DNA of 39,122 bases from a virus: the IMG/VR virus record IMGVR_UViG_3300038607_000022, one strand, 5' to 3'. The first letter of the stretch is position 1; every line of letters begins with the position of its first letter. The notes below the pieces were generated by a model. The model ran no database searches and was not told the DNA's origin. It saw only the letters and a program-made list of their open reading frames with translations. Below are positions 32,151 through 38,995 of this stretch, one piece after another. The translations under genes were made by a program, and so were the position numbers.

Positions 32151-33448
32151 TATTGGTCCATATAGCTTAATAAGTGAGAAATAACATCAACGGTCCACCC
32201 GTTGCCGGTCATTTTGTATAATTGCGTGTTGCTGATACCGGCGTCTAACAGTGTATTAATATGGTGTTCTGGTATTGTTTGCAGTCTCATACACTCTCGA
32301 GGTGTGAGTTTTCGATATTTAAGGTTATTAATATCGCTATTGACAGCAAACTTTGGTGCGTGTGATGTTGTCAAAGTGTCAGTTTTGCCGGCTCCAGATT
32401 TTAATATTCTGCCTAGCTCGCTTATTCCTGATTTTCTAGCGTCGTTTTTGTGCGGCCTATACCCTCTATCATCTTCTGTTATACCTTTAACGCGCTCATT
32501 ATCATTGACACTTACAACAAGGTGATTATTGTGCTCCCAGGCGTTAGCGCTCAGGCAAGGTGTTTTACCGTTTTCTGCTCTAATTCCACCAGGGTTATTG
32601 CCTCTAGGTGTTTGCATGATTAACAAATTATCTTTTTGCACCGTGGTTATGGTGTTGGTTTTATCATCGCCTCTCACTTCGATGCGCTGTTCGGTTTTTA
32701 GGTTGGGGTTATAATCATCCCGTTTGCCGGTTTCAGGGTTAATCTTGCGCCCTATCATTGCACCGCATTTTATGTAATCTCCTTGACGGCCATTTTTTAC
32801 ATACTCCATAGCTGACAAATTCTTAGCTTTACCGCCTAAATCGTCACGTAGTATTTTTTCATTCCGCTTACAGAATTTACTCGACATATAGGTAAAATCT
32901 CCATCTGCTTCAATAATATCTTTAAGCACAATCCCTTTGTCTTCTGGCTGCTCACATGCCCAGCTAGTCCAATAATAACGATTACGATTCTGAGCAGACA
33001 CTAACGCGCTATTAATTAAAATTTTATGCACTTTACCTAGCGCTTGCTCTGTGTGGCGTGTGATATATTGTTCAAATTCCTTTTTCATCTTGACGTTTTC
33101 AATTAAGAAATGCGCTTTAGGGTTATTTTGTTTTACATGCTGCATTATCTCTAACATTGTCCAAAACAACATTCCGCGCTCGTCTTTATCGCCCAACTGC
33201 TTACCAGCCATTGACCATGCCTGACAGGGAAAACCACCGGTAACTAAATTAATACTGGGCCAGTCAATATCCCACTCGCGCCACTTGGTTACATCGCCTA
33301 ACTGAATTGTATCAGGGTAAAGCGCCTGGGCTGCTTTGATTGCGTGTTTATCAATTTCGGCGCTGTAGTATTTATTAACTTCAATACCTAGGTTTTCTAG
33401 AGCCATATAGCCGCATGACATGCCGTTGAACAAACTTAAAATATTCAT
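32150..33448 (-). CDS. DNA (cytosine-5)-methyltransferase, orphan
   Basis: Motif I LFNGMSCG, motif IV GGFPCQAWS, motif VI ENV, C-terminal TPRECMRLQTIP and GNGWTV. Long variable region. Confidence 0.9.
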   Translation of the reverse strand: MNILSLFNGMSCGYMALENLGIEVNKYYSAEIDKHAIKAAQALYPDTIQLGDVTKWREWDIDWPSINLVTGGFPCQAWSMAGKQLGDKDERGMLFWTMLEIMQHVKQNNPKAHFLIENVKMKKEFEQYITRHTEQALGKVHKILINSALVSAQNRNRYYWTSWACEQPEDKGIVLKDIIEADGDFTYMSSKFCKRNEKILRDDLGGKAKNLSAMEYVKNGRQGDYIKCGAMIGRKINPETGKRDDYNPNLKTEQRIEVRGDDKTNTITTVQKDNLLIMQTPRGNNPGGIRAENGKTPCLSANAWEHNNHLVVSVNDNERVKGITEDDRGYRPHKNDARKSGISELGRILKSGAGKTDTLTTSHAPKFAVNSDINNLKYRKLTPRECMRLQTIPEHHINTLLDAGISNTQLYKMTGNGWTVDVISHLLSYMDQ

Positions 33449-34092
33449 AATCTATTCTCTATTAGTTGTTGTGCTTTTGATTTAATCTGCTCAGACCTTT
33501 TTATTAACGAAGATTTGATTGGCTCTTTGTTTTTTAAGGCTTCAACGTAAACCACATGGGACTTGTAAGACAGGTAGGCAGACTCAGCCTCTTCGACTGA
33601 GTTGAAGTATCCTAAATTGATTATCTTTCCATTCCTGTTACATCTAGATCTAAACCTCTTGCCGCAAGATCCTATTGAAACACCAGTGGGAAGGCTCCTC
33701 CCTCTTTCAGGGATGGCAAAAAGCTTATTGAGCTCGCTGGAAATAAATACACAAGTAGACGGGGAATAAACTTTATTTCCACAAGACAATATATCCTTAT
33801 CAAGCTCTTTTCCTTCCCATTCCTGCTTCATCATCCAAGCTTTAAATGAAGAGAATGTCAACCACTCATCACACACATAGCAATCTTTATATGTGCCGTG
33901 CTCTTCTGTGTATTTACCGTAATAGCACCGATGAAGCATCTGTTTCCATCTAGTGTAAAACGGGCAGGATATTCTTTTCCCTTTTTCACTTAATTGAACT
34001 ATGTAATCGGCGTCATTGATGCCTTTGCCGTAAACCAGGCTTCTTCTACATAATGACTTACCTTTTGCTTTTATCTCTTTAAATTTAGACAC
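33445..34092 (-). CDS. AP2-domain DNA-binding protein (homing-endonuclease-associated type)
   Basis: LPTGVS...GKRFRSRCNRNGKIINLGYFNSVEEAESAY is AP2-like. Cys/Trp-rich N-terminal region. GTG start. Confidence 0.5.
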   Translation of the reverse strand: MSKFKEIKAKGKSLCRRSLVYGKGINDADYIVQLSEKGKRISCPFYTRWKQMLHRCYYGKYTEEHGTYKDCYVCDEWLTFSSFKAWMMKQEWEGKELDKDILSCGNKVYSPSTCVFISSELNKLFAIPERGRSLPTGVSIGSCGKRFRSRCNRNGKIINLGYFNSVEEAESAYLSYKSHVVYVEALKNKEPIKSSLIKRSEQIKSKAQQLIENRL

Positions 34093-34499
34093 TACAAACC
34101 CCTTTGAATTAAATCAGCGCAGACATTGTTTATCTCATTTTTGATCATATTTCTAAATCTTTCAAGATAAATACTGGGCAGTTCATTTTCCTCAAGACTC
34201 AATACTGGCCACCCCATCATTTGGGCTCTTCTTTGTTTCCAGTCCCAAGCCGTCCAATAAGTCATTTCATTGAGCTTCTTTATAAGGTTTAAATTTTCAT
34301 TTATGGCTTCGGTCATTTTTTCAGCTTCATAGCCGTGCATATTGAAATGGTAAGAACATGTTTTTCTTGCGGCGCTGACGCTTGCTAATAATTTACAATT
34401 GTGCTGTTCGCATCGACCCCAATAACTAACCTTTTCGGGCTTTTGCTCTTGATTTACCTTCTCGTAAAGCTTTTCAACAGCAGCGGTTTTACTCACCAT
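34092..34499 (-). CDS. Hypothetical protein
   Basis: Translationally coupled in the operon. Cys/His-containing N-terminal part. Confidence 0.6.
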   Translation of the reverse strand: MVSKTAAVEKLYEKVNQEQKPEKVSYWGRCEQHNCKLLASVSAARKTCSYHFNMHGYEAEKMTEAINENLNLIKKLNEMTYWTAWDWKQRRAQMMGWPVLSLEENELPSIYLERFRNMIKNEINNVCADLIQRGL

Positions 34500-35001
34500 G
34501 ATAATACCCGTCTAAAACTTTTGATAAATTAGCAGGCTTAACCAGCCATTCTATTGTTAACTTAAAAGGCTTTCTGTCACCAGCCTGAACTTTACCCATC
34601 AAGAAATCACTTTGCTTGACTGCTTCAAATAAATCGCGCCAAGACTGTTCAGTAAAAAAGTCAGCGCGTGTCAGACGGTCTAACTTACCTTTTAAATCAT
34701 CAGATATTACCGTTTTGAGCTGCGCGTATGTCCCTTGATATGTTTCGTTGTAGATATCGCAAACACGCTGGGCTGATACGTTTACTGCTTTCTGCTGGCG
34801 CTTAACTTTACTCGCTCCGCCTTTAACCTCATCAACTCTTTCTGTTATTTTAAAGAATAGGTCTATTGGCATTTTAAACACACCATCAATAATTGCGTGC
34901 TCATCTGTAACCCATGTGACAGTCATCACTTCATTTGCTGGGACTTCCACTTTTAAATCGTCTGTTATTTGACGATAGGGAAAATTAAACCTTACCTTCA
35001 C
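34489..35001 (-). CDS. Hypothetical protein, possible replication initiation/organiser protein (tentative)
   Basis: GTG 35001 is preceded by GGAGA 7 nt upstream. The C-terminal ...FKLTIEWLVKPANLSKVLDGYY recalls phage replication-associated proteins. The track start at 35040 overlaps the upstream gene. Confidence 0.5.
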   Translation of the reverse strand: MKVRFNFPYRQITDDLKVEVPANEVMTVTWVTDEHAIIDGVFKMPIDLFFKITERVDEVKGGASKVKRQQKAVNVSAQRVCDIYNETYQGTYAQLKTVISDDLKGKLDRLTRADFFTEQSWRDLFEAVKQSDFLMGKVQAGDRKPFKLTIEWLVKPANLSKVLDGYYHGE

Positions 35002-35012
35002 TTTATTGTCTC

Positions 35013-35210
35013 CTAATAAATTATGCTTTCTTTTCCACACTCGCCACAGTTGACTCTAGCTCCATAAAAATCTTTTTTTCCAGTGGCGTCTAAAAGGTCA
35101 GCGTCTTCGCCAGTGAATTTGTTTGTTAATCCACAATGCCCACACTTAAAACCAACCGGTAGAAGTCCGCGACCATCAGAGTACACTTCCAACATGTCAC
35201 TAAGAATCAT
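35013..35210 (-). CDS. Zinc-ribbon protein
   Basis: CGHC...CGEC pairs. AGGAG RBS. Confidence 0.6.
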   Translation of the reverse strand: MILSDMLEVYSDGRGLLPVGFKCGHCGLTNKFTGEDADLLDATGKKDFYGARVNCGECGKESIIY

Positions 35211-35244
35211 TTTATTATCTCCTAATCAATTTACGCTTTTAACT

Positions 35245-35445
35245 CTATTTTAAAACAGATAAGTTTCCATGATGACAACCACGTGTTTCTCCTGATTGCC
35301 ACTGAATTAAAGGAATAGCTCTTTCAGGCTCAGAGCGTGTACTAATGTCGCCAGAAGTGCAATTGTTGGTGATGCCAACAATCATTCCAATTTCTCCATT
35401 GCTACTCTTTACTAAAATACCATGCTTACAGTCTTTCAATTCCAT
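35245..35445 (-). CDS. Hypothetical protein, first gene of the leftward operon
   Basis: ATG 35445 is preceded by TGGAGA. The track start at 35469 is GTG without an RBS. Confidence 0.55.
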   Translation of the reverse strand: MELKDCKHGILVKSSNGEIGMIVGITNNCTSGDISTRSEPERAIPLIQWQSGETRGCHHGNLSVLK

Positions 35446-35531
35446 TTTATTCTCCAATAAATTATTCACACCCCAAACTCTACAACAAAAAATAGCGTTA
35501 TGTGATCCGACCAGTTAAATTAAATTTATAG

Positions 35532-35560
35532 TTGATTTATTGCGCAGGATTGGCGATAAT
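35532..35560 (+). promoter_or_regulatory. Rightward sigma70 promoter (TTGATT-N17-GATAAT)
   Basis: Hexamers at 35532-35537 and 35555-35560 in the 570-bp divergent intergenic region. Confidence 0.5.
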
Positions 35561-35566
35561 TTATTT

Positions 35567-35670
35567 GTTATTTGGAGTCGTGTCTGAATGATGAATAAGG
35601 TTTTATAGGTATTTCTGGCATTAACGACGATTAATGCACACGACCAGAGATACCCATAAAGCCTTTTTTA
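35567..35670 (+). ncRNA. Leader RNA or sRNA candidate: 22-bp hairpin plus T-run, with a 6-codon mini-ORF
   Basis: 35597-35618 pairs with 35644-35665 (19 Watson-Crick pairs, 2 G-U, 1 mismatch). Inner hairpin 35619-35636. TTTTTTATTA tail. Mini-ORF ATGATGAATAAGGTTTTATAG at 35588-35608. Confidence 0.5.
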
Positions 35671-36040
35671 TTACCTCAAATTCCCTCCAAGCAACATGCA
35701 ATTGCTGTAAAGCCGATTCGGGCATTGCATTATAAATCTGATACTGAGTTACTAGTACAATCAGACAGTGCGGCAATGTTTAAGCTGAGAGCCTATATTG
35801 GATTAATCCTTGGGTGATACTCAATAGTTTAAACGTGGAAAGCTCTGCTAGTGTCGAAAGATAAAAAGTTTCCAACCAGAAAGAAAGATTCTGGCCTTCA
35901 AAGCTCTACAGACCGCTAGGTTATTGCTAGAAGTGAAAAGCCTTTAGTTGAATTTTAATAATTCTCTTTAGGCTTATTATGCCTTTAAGATACGACATAG
36001 GTTTTGCTAGACACTTATCTATAACTAATAAGGTGATTAA

Positions 36041-36391
36041 ATGAGAAATACAGAAGCGGTAACGATAACTTACGAATACCTAAACAAGTACAAAACACCA
36101 AAGGGAGGCTACAACAGAAAACAGGTTGAAGCACTTGGACTGAGCTGGCCGCTAGTCTCTGGCTGGAAAGGTGAATTAATAGGAAAGGTGCTCACTGCCG
36201 AGAAAGCAAATATTTTTGAGTCAGCAGCTAAAAAACCGAATAAAAAACAGCCTAAGCAAAGCTTTAAGATTGACGATTGTATTGAATATTTATTCAAAAA
36301 TACTGATAAGTTAACAATGCAAAATATAGCTAAACTTAGATTTGTTGAAAGAAAATGGCGTGATGTTTGCGGATTAACACATAAGGAATAG
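36041..36391 (+). CDS. Hypothetical protein, first gene of the rightward operon
   Basis: AAGGTG RBS. 116 aa. Confidence 0.65.
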   Translation: MRNTEAVTITYEYLNKYKTPKGGYNRKQVEALGLSWPLVSGWKGELIGKVLTAEKANIFESAAKKPNKKQPKQSFKIDDCIEYLFKNTDKLTMQNIAKLRFVERKWRDVCGLTHKE

Positions 36392-36395
36392 CAAA

Positions 36396-36734
36396 ATGAA
36401 ATTCGAAATAACTTTAGAACTAATAGAAGAAATGGCTGAATGTATTCATGATTGCTCATGGGTTAGCGGCGAAGAAATTGCAGCTTATATGAAATCATGC
36501 GTTACTGATGGTAACTACGACCCGGAAGATTGGAGCGAGAAAGGTCAAGGCCATATCGCAAAAGAGCGAAGCACTGTTAAGAGTGAGTTTCGACCAACTA
36601 AAGAAAGACTTGAAGAAATAGCAAAGCAGGGTGCTGAACTTTTTTTATGTGACGCAAGTGATAATTCTTGGAAATATAATCGTGATTGTGATTGCTGGGA
36701 GCCGCAAGAGTCAATTCAAGATAAAGAGGAATAA
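36396..36734 (+). CDS. Hypothetical acidic protein
   Basis: AAGGAATAGCAAAATG initiation region shared with the next two genes. Confidence 0.65.
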   Translation: MKFEITLELIEEMAECIHDCSWVSGEEIAAYMKSCVTDGNYDPEDWSEKGQGHIAKERSTVKSEFRPTKERLEEIAKQGAELFLCDASDNSWKYNRDCDCWEPQESIQDKEE

Positions 36735-36739
36735 ACAAA

Positions 36740-37648
36740 ATGATTAATATTGTTGGCATGTCTGGTGGAAGAAGTAGTCTCCACTTGGCTAGAAAGCTTC
36801 AGTTAATGGGCTATAATCCTGTTTGTTTATTTGCGGACACTGGATTTGAGCATGATGAAACATATAGTTTTATAAAAAGATGCGTTAGCGAATTTAATTT
36901 AAATGCTCACTTTATACGCGCAGAAGTTAACGGCGAAGGTGTTGGTAATACGCCTATAGAGTTAAGTATTGATGATATAGGGTATAGGCCAGAAACCTTT
37001 GCTGCTCACTTCGCTAAATATGGTACTCCTACTTTCCACGCCAAGAATTGCACAGACAGGCTAAAGGGGATTGTCATGGACAAATGGAAGGATGAAAATT
37101 TCGGACGAAAAAACTATGTTACATGGACTGGTTTTAGAGCTGATGAAACGAGAAGGATTAAGGATAGAGAGCAGCAATTAGAATTAGTCGGTTTTGAAGC
37201 AGATAAGAAAAAAGTAAAAGTAAATACAAATCAAAGGTATTTAGCTGACATTTCCGAAGAATCAAAAAGCGACATCATTAAGATGTGGAAGGATTCAGAT
37301 TTTGATTTAGGGATTGGCGAGCATAATGGTAATTGTCTTTTTTGTATTCACAAGTCTTGTGAGAAGCTAGCCCTATCGGCGAGAGAGAACCAAGAGAAAG
37401 CTTCTGATTGGATTGAATTAGTTAACGATTCAAATGTAAGAACAATGCCAAGAAACAAGCAGTTACCTCCTGATATAATGTATAGAGGATATCATTCATT
37501 AAACTCAATAATTAACACATTTAAAGATTATTCCAATGGTGACCTTGCTGAAGCAATAAATAAGGGAAGAAAGTTTGATAGCGGGTCTTGCTCAGAGTCT
37601 TGTGACCCGACACCGCAACTTTCACTTGTTCTTGACGACCATTATTAA
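36740..37648 (+). CDS. PAPS-reductase-family PP-loop protein
   Basis: N-terminal IVGMSGGRSS PP-loop, FADTGFEHDETY, and Cys motifs GNCLFC and SGSCSESC. Confidence 0.7.
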   Translation: MINIVGMSGGRSSLHLARKLQLMGYNPVCLFADTGFEHDETYSFIKRCVSEFNLNAHFIRAEVNGEGVGNTPIELSIDDIGYRPETFAAHFAKYGTPTFHAKNCTDRLKGIVMDKWKDENFGRKNYVTWTGFRADETRRIKDREQQLELVGFEADKKKVKVNTNQRYLADISEESKSDIIKMWKDSDFDLGIGEHNGNCLFCIHKSCEKLALSARENQEKASDWIELVNDSNVRTMPRNKQLPPDIMYRGYHSLNSIINTFKDYSNGDLAEAINKGRKFDSGSCSESCDPTPQLSLVLDDHY

Positions 37649-37667
37649 CACATAAGGAATAAACAAA

Positions 37668-37889
37668 ATGAGCAATGTAAAAAGTATTTTCCCTGCAAAT
37701 GATTTCAGTGTCATTTGTGATAACGCATCTAAAGAGGTCGAGTGCGGGATTATTATTGGGTATGACGAAGAAGGTGCACTTTGCGTTTATGGTGGCGGAC
37801 TGCTTGACGGTAGGCAACCCTTACAAAAGGATTGGCTGTGGATGATTGAAGCTTTCAAGTTAAAAATGATGAATGGTGATTATTGCTAA
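37668..37889 (+). CDS. Hypothetical protein
   Basis: AAGGAATAAACAAAATG initiation region. Confidence 0.65.
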   Translation: MSNVKSIFPANDFSVICDNASKEVECGIIIGYDEEGALCVYGGGLLDGRQPLQKDWLWMIEAFKLKMMNGDYC

Positions 37890-37891
37890 CA

Positions 37892-37927
37892 CATCCGACC
37901 ACATAACACTAAATAATGATATATAGT
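37892..37927 (+). promoter_or_regulatory. Bipartite promoter-like box CATCCGACCACAT-N17-TATAGT
   Basis: Box at 37892-37904 and TATAGT at 37922-37927, 30 nt upstream of ATG 37957. Confidence 0.5.
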
Positions 37928-37956
37928 TAAGTTGAATTAATTAGGAGATAGAAAGA

Positions 37957-38133
37957 ATGAATTATTTAACAAAACGTGAATACTACGCTGCACTGGCGAT
38001 GCAAGCTTATCTATCTGGACGACTTTCTTGGACTTATGGTCTGGATGGTGGTTGTAGCACTAAAACAGATACAGAGGTAGCTAAAGAGGCTGTAGCTTAT
38101 GCTGACGCTTTAATTAGAGAGCTTGATAAATGA
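37957..38133 (+). CDS. Hypothetical protein (58 aa), below the ORF-track cutoff
   Basis: AGGAGA RBS. Hand-translated 59 codons (MNYLTKREYYAALAMQAYLSG...). Confidence 0.6.
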   Translation: MNYLTKREYYAALAMQAYLSGRLSWTYGLDGGCSTKTDTEVAKEAVAYADALIRELDK

Positions 38134-38297
38134 CACACTACAAAGACCAACACGAAGAATACGACCGCAACATCAACGAAATCTACACTAAGCAAGAGCA
38201 GAAACAAAAGCTTATAGGCTGGTTGATGGATTGCTTTGAAATGCAAGAAAGTGATGCGGTTAGTTATGTTGAGAAAAGTTTTAAGGATTTGAAATGA
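38130..38297 (+). CDS. Hypothetical protein (55 aa), below the ORF-track cutoff
   Basis: ATGA overlap with the upstream ORF. 56 codons read by hand. Confidence 0.5.
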   Translation: MTHYKDQHEEYDRNINEIYTKQEQKQKLIGWLMDCFEMQESDAVSYVEKSFKDLK

Positions 38298-38422
38298 TTA
38301 CAAAATACAGAATAATCGAAGGCCGTTATCATCTTTACAAAATGCGCGGTTATAGACGCTCATTTATTGCCAGCTTTAAGAGTGAAAAGAAGATGAATGA
38401 TTTTATTAGAGATAGTAAGTAA
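38294..38422 (+). CDS. Hypothetical basic protein (42 aa), below the ORF-track cutoff
   Basis: ATGA overlap with the upstream ORF. 43 codons read by hand. Confidence 0.4.
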   Translation: MITKYRIIEGRYHLYKMRGYRRSFIASFKSEKKMNDFIRDSK

Positions 38423-38426
38423 CTCG

Positions 38427-38457
38427 CCACCTTAAGAGGTTTATCCTCTTGAAGTGG
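38427..38457 (+). terminator. Strong hairpin (13-bp stem with 1 mismatch and 1 G-U) after the 38294 ORF
   Basis: CCACCTTAAGAGG-TTTAT-CCTCTTGAAGTGG followed by ATGTTATGTGTT. Confidence 0.5.
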
Positions 38458-38493
38458 ATGTTATGTGTTAATTAATTGATTGGAGAGAAAACC

Positions 38494-38736
38494 ATGATTA
38501 AAAGAAAAGGACAGATAGTTCCTAAATATTTATGCAGAAGCATAGAGAAAAAGGCTCAACATCTGGTTAAATTTGGTGCTGATGTTGAAATAACCGGAAA
38601 AACAATAAAGATGCTAACTGATGGGTATGCTATTTGTATTCCAGACGTTAAGCATGTGTTGAAAAAGAAGAACCAGAGAACTGTAAAAGGGTTTGTTTGT
38701 GAAGGGCTAACGCTGATTGGGTACAGAGAAACATAA
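38494..38736 (+). CDS. Hypothetical protein (80 aa)
   Basis: ATG 38494 is preceded by GGAGAG. The track start at 38476 is TTG. Confidence 0.6.
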   Translation: MIKRKGQIVPKYLCRSIEKKAQHLVKFGADVEITGKTIKMLTDGYAICIPDVKHVLKKKNQRTVKGFVCEGLTLIGYRET

Positions 38737-38814
38737 CCTTTTAAATAAGCGGGCGCGGCTGTTTGCGCTCCGTTTGATTTTGTTGTTAGCAGTGAAATAG
38801 CGAGGCACAGCATT

Positions 38815-38976
38815 ATGATATGTAACACATGCAAGTTTAAAAGCGATTGCCAGAAAGCAACTGAAAACGGTAATTGTAGATATTACGAAAAACAAGAGGG
38901 TACGCCCATTAACGAGCACCCTCTAAAAAATGAAATTATAGATAAAATTAAAAGTGGTGAAATAGTTTTTAGCTAA
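38815..38976 (+). CDS. Small Cys-rich protein (53 aa), below the ORF-track cutoff
   Basis: GAGG 9 nt upstream. Cys pattern CNTC...C...C. Preferred over the antisense ORF 38707..38919 because it shares the strand of all neighbours. Confidence 0.45.
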   Translation: MICNTCKFKSDCQKATENGNCRYYEKQEGTPINEHPLKNEIIDKIKSGEIVFS

Positions 38977-38995
38977 TTCCTGCTAACACGTAATT

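Noticed and set aside
35470-35531. Leftward early promoter (TTAACT-N18-TATTTT on the minus strand, 35518..35489)
   Set aside because: The hexamers are weak and the spacer is 18 nt. A leftward promoter must exist here, but I cannot place it with confidence.
35979-36044. 21-codon upstream ORF overlapping the ATG of the 36041 gene (ATGA)
   Set aside because: It has no convincing RBS and there is no way to test conservation here. It could be a coupling uORF, but support is weak.
38751-38785. GC-rich imperfect hairpin plus a T-rich tail after the 38494..38736 gene
   Set aside because: The stem needs a bulge (GGGCGC/GCGCTCC) and several alternative pairings exist. It is plausible as a weak terminator but is not listed as a feature.
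31161-38919. Shadow ORFs 31161..31367, 32202..32525, 32529..32714, 36109..36459, 37521..37817, 38556..38834, 38707..38919
   Set aside because: They are antisense to the methyltransferase and to well-initiated same-strand genes. For 38707..38919, the plus-strand 53-aa ORF (38815..38976) fits the operon orientation and has a GAGG upstream.
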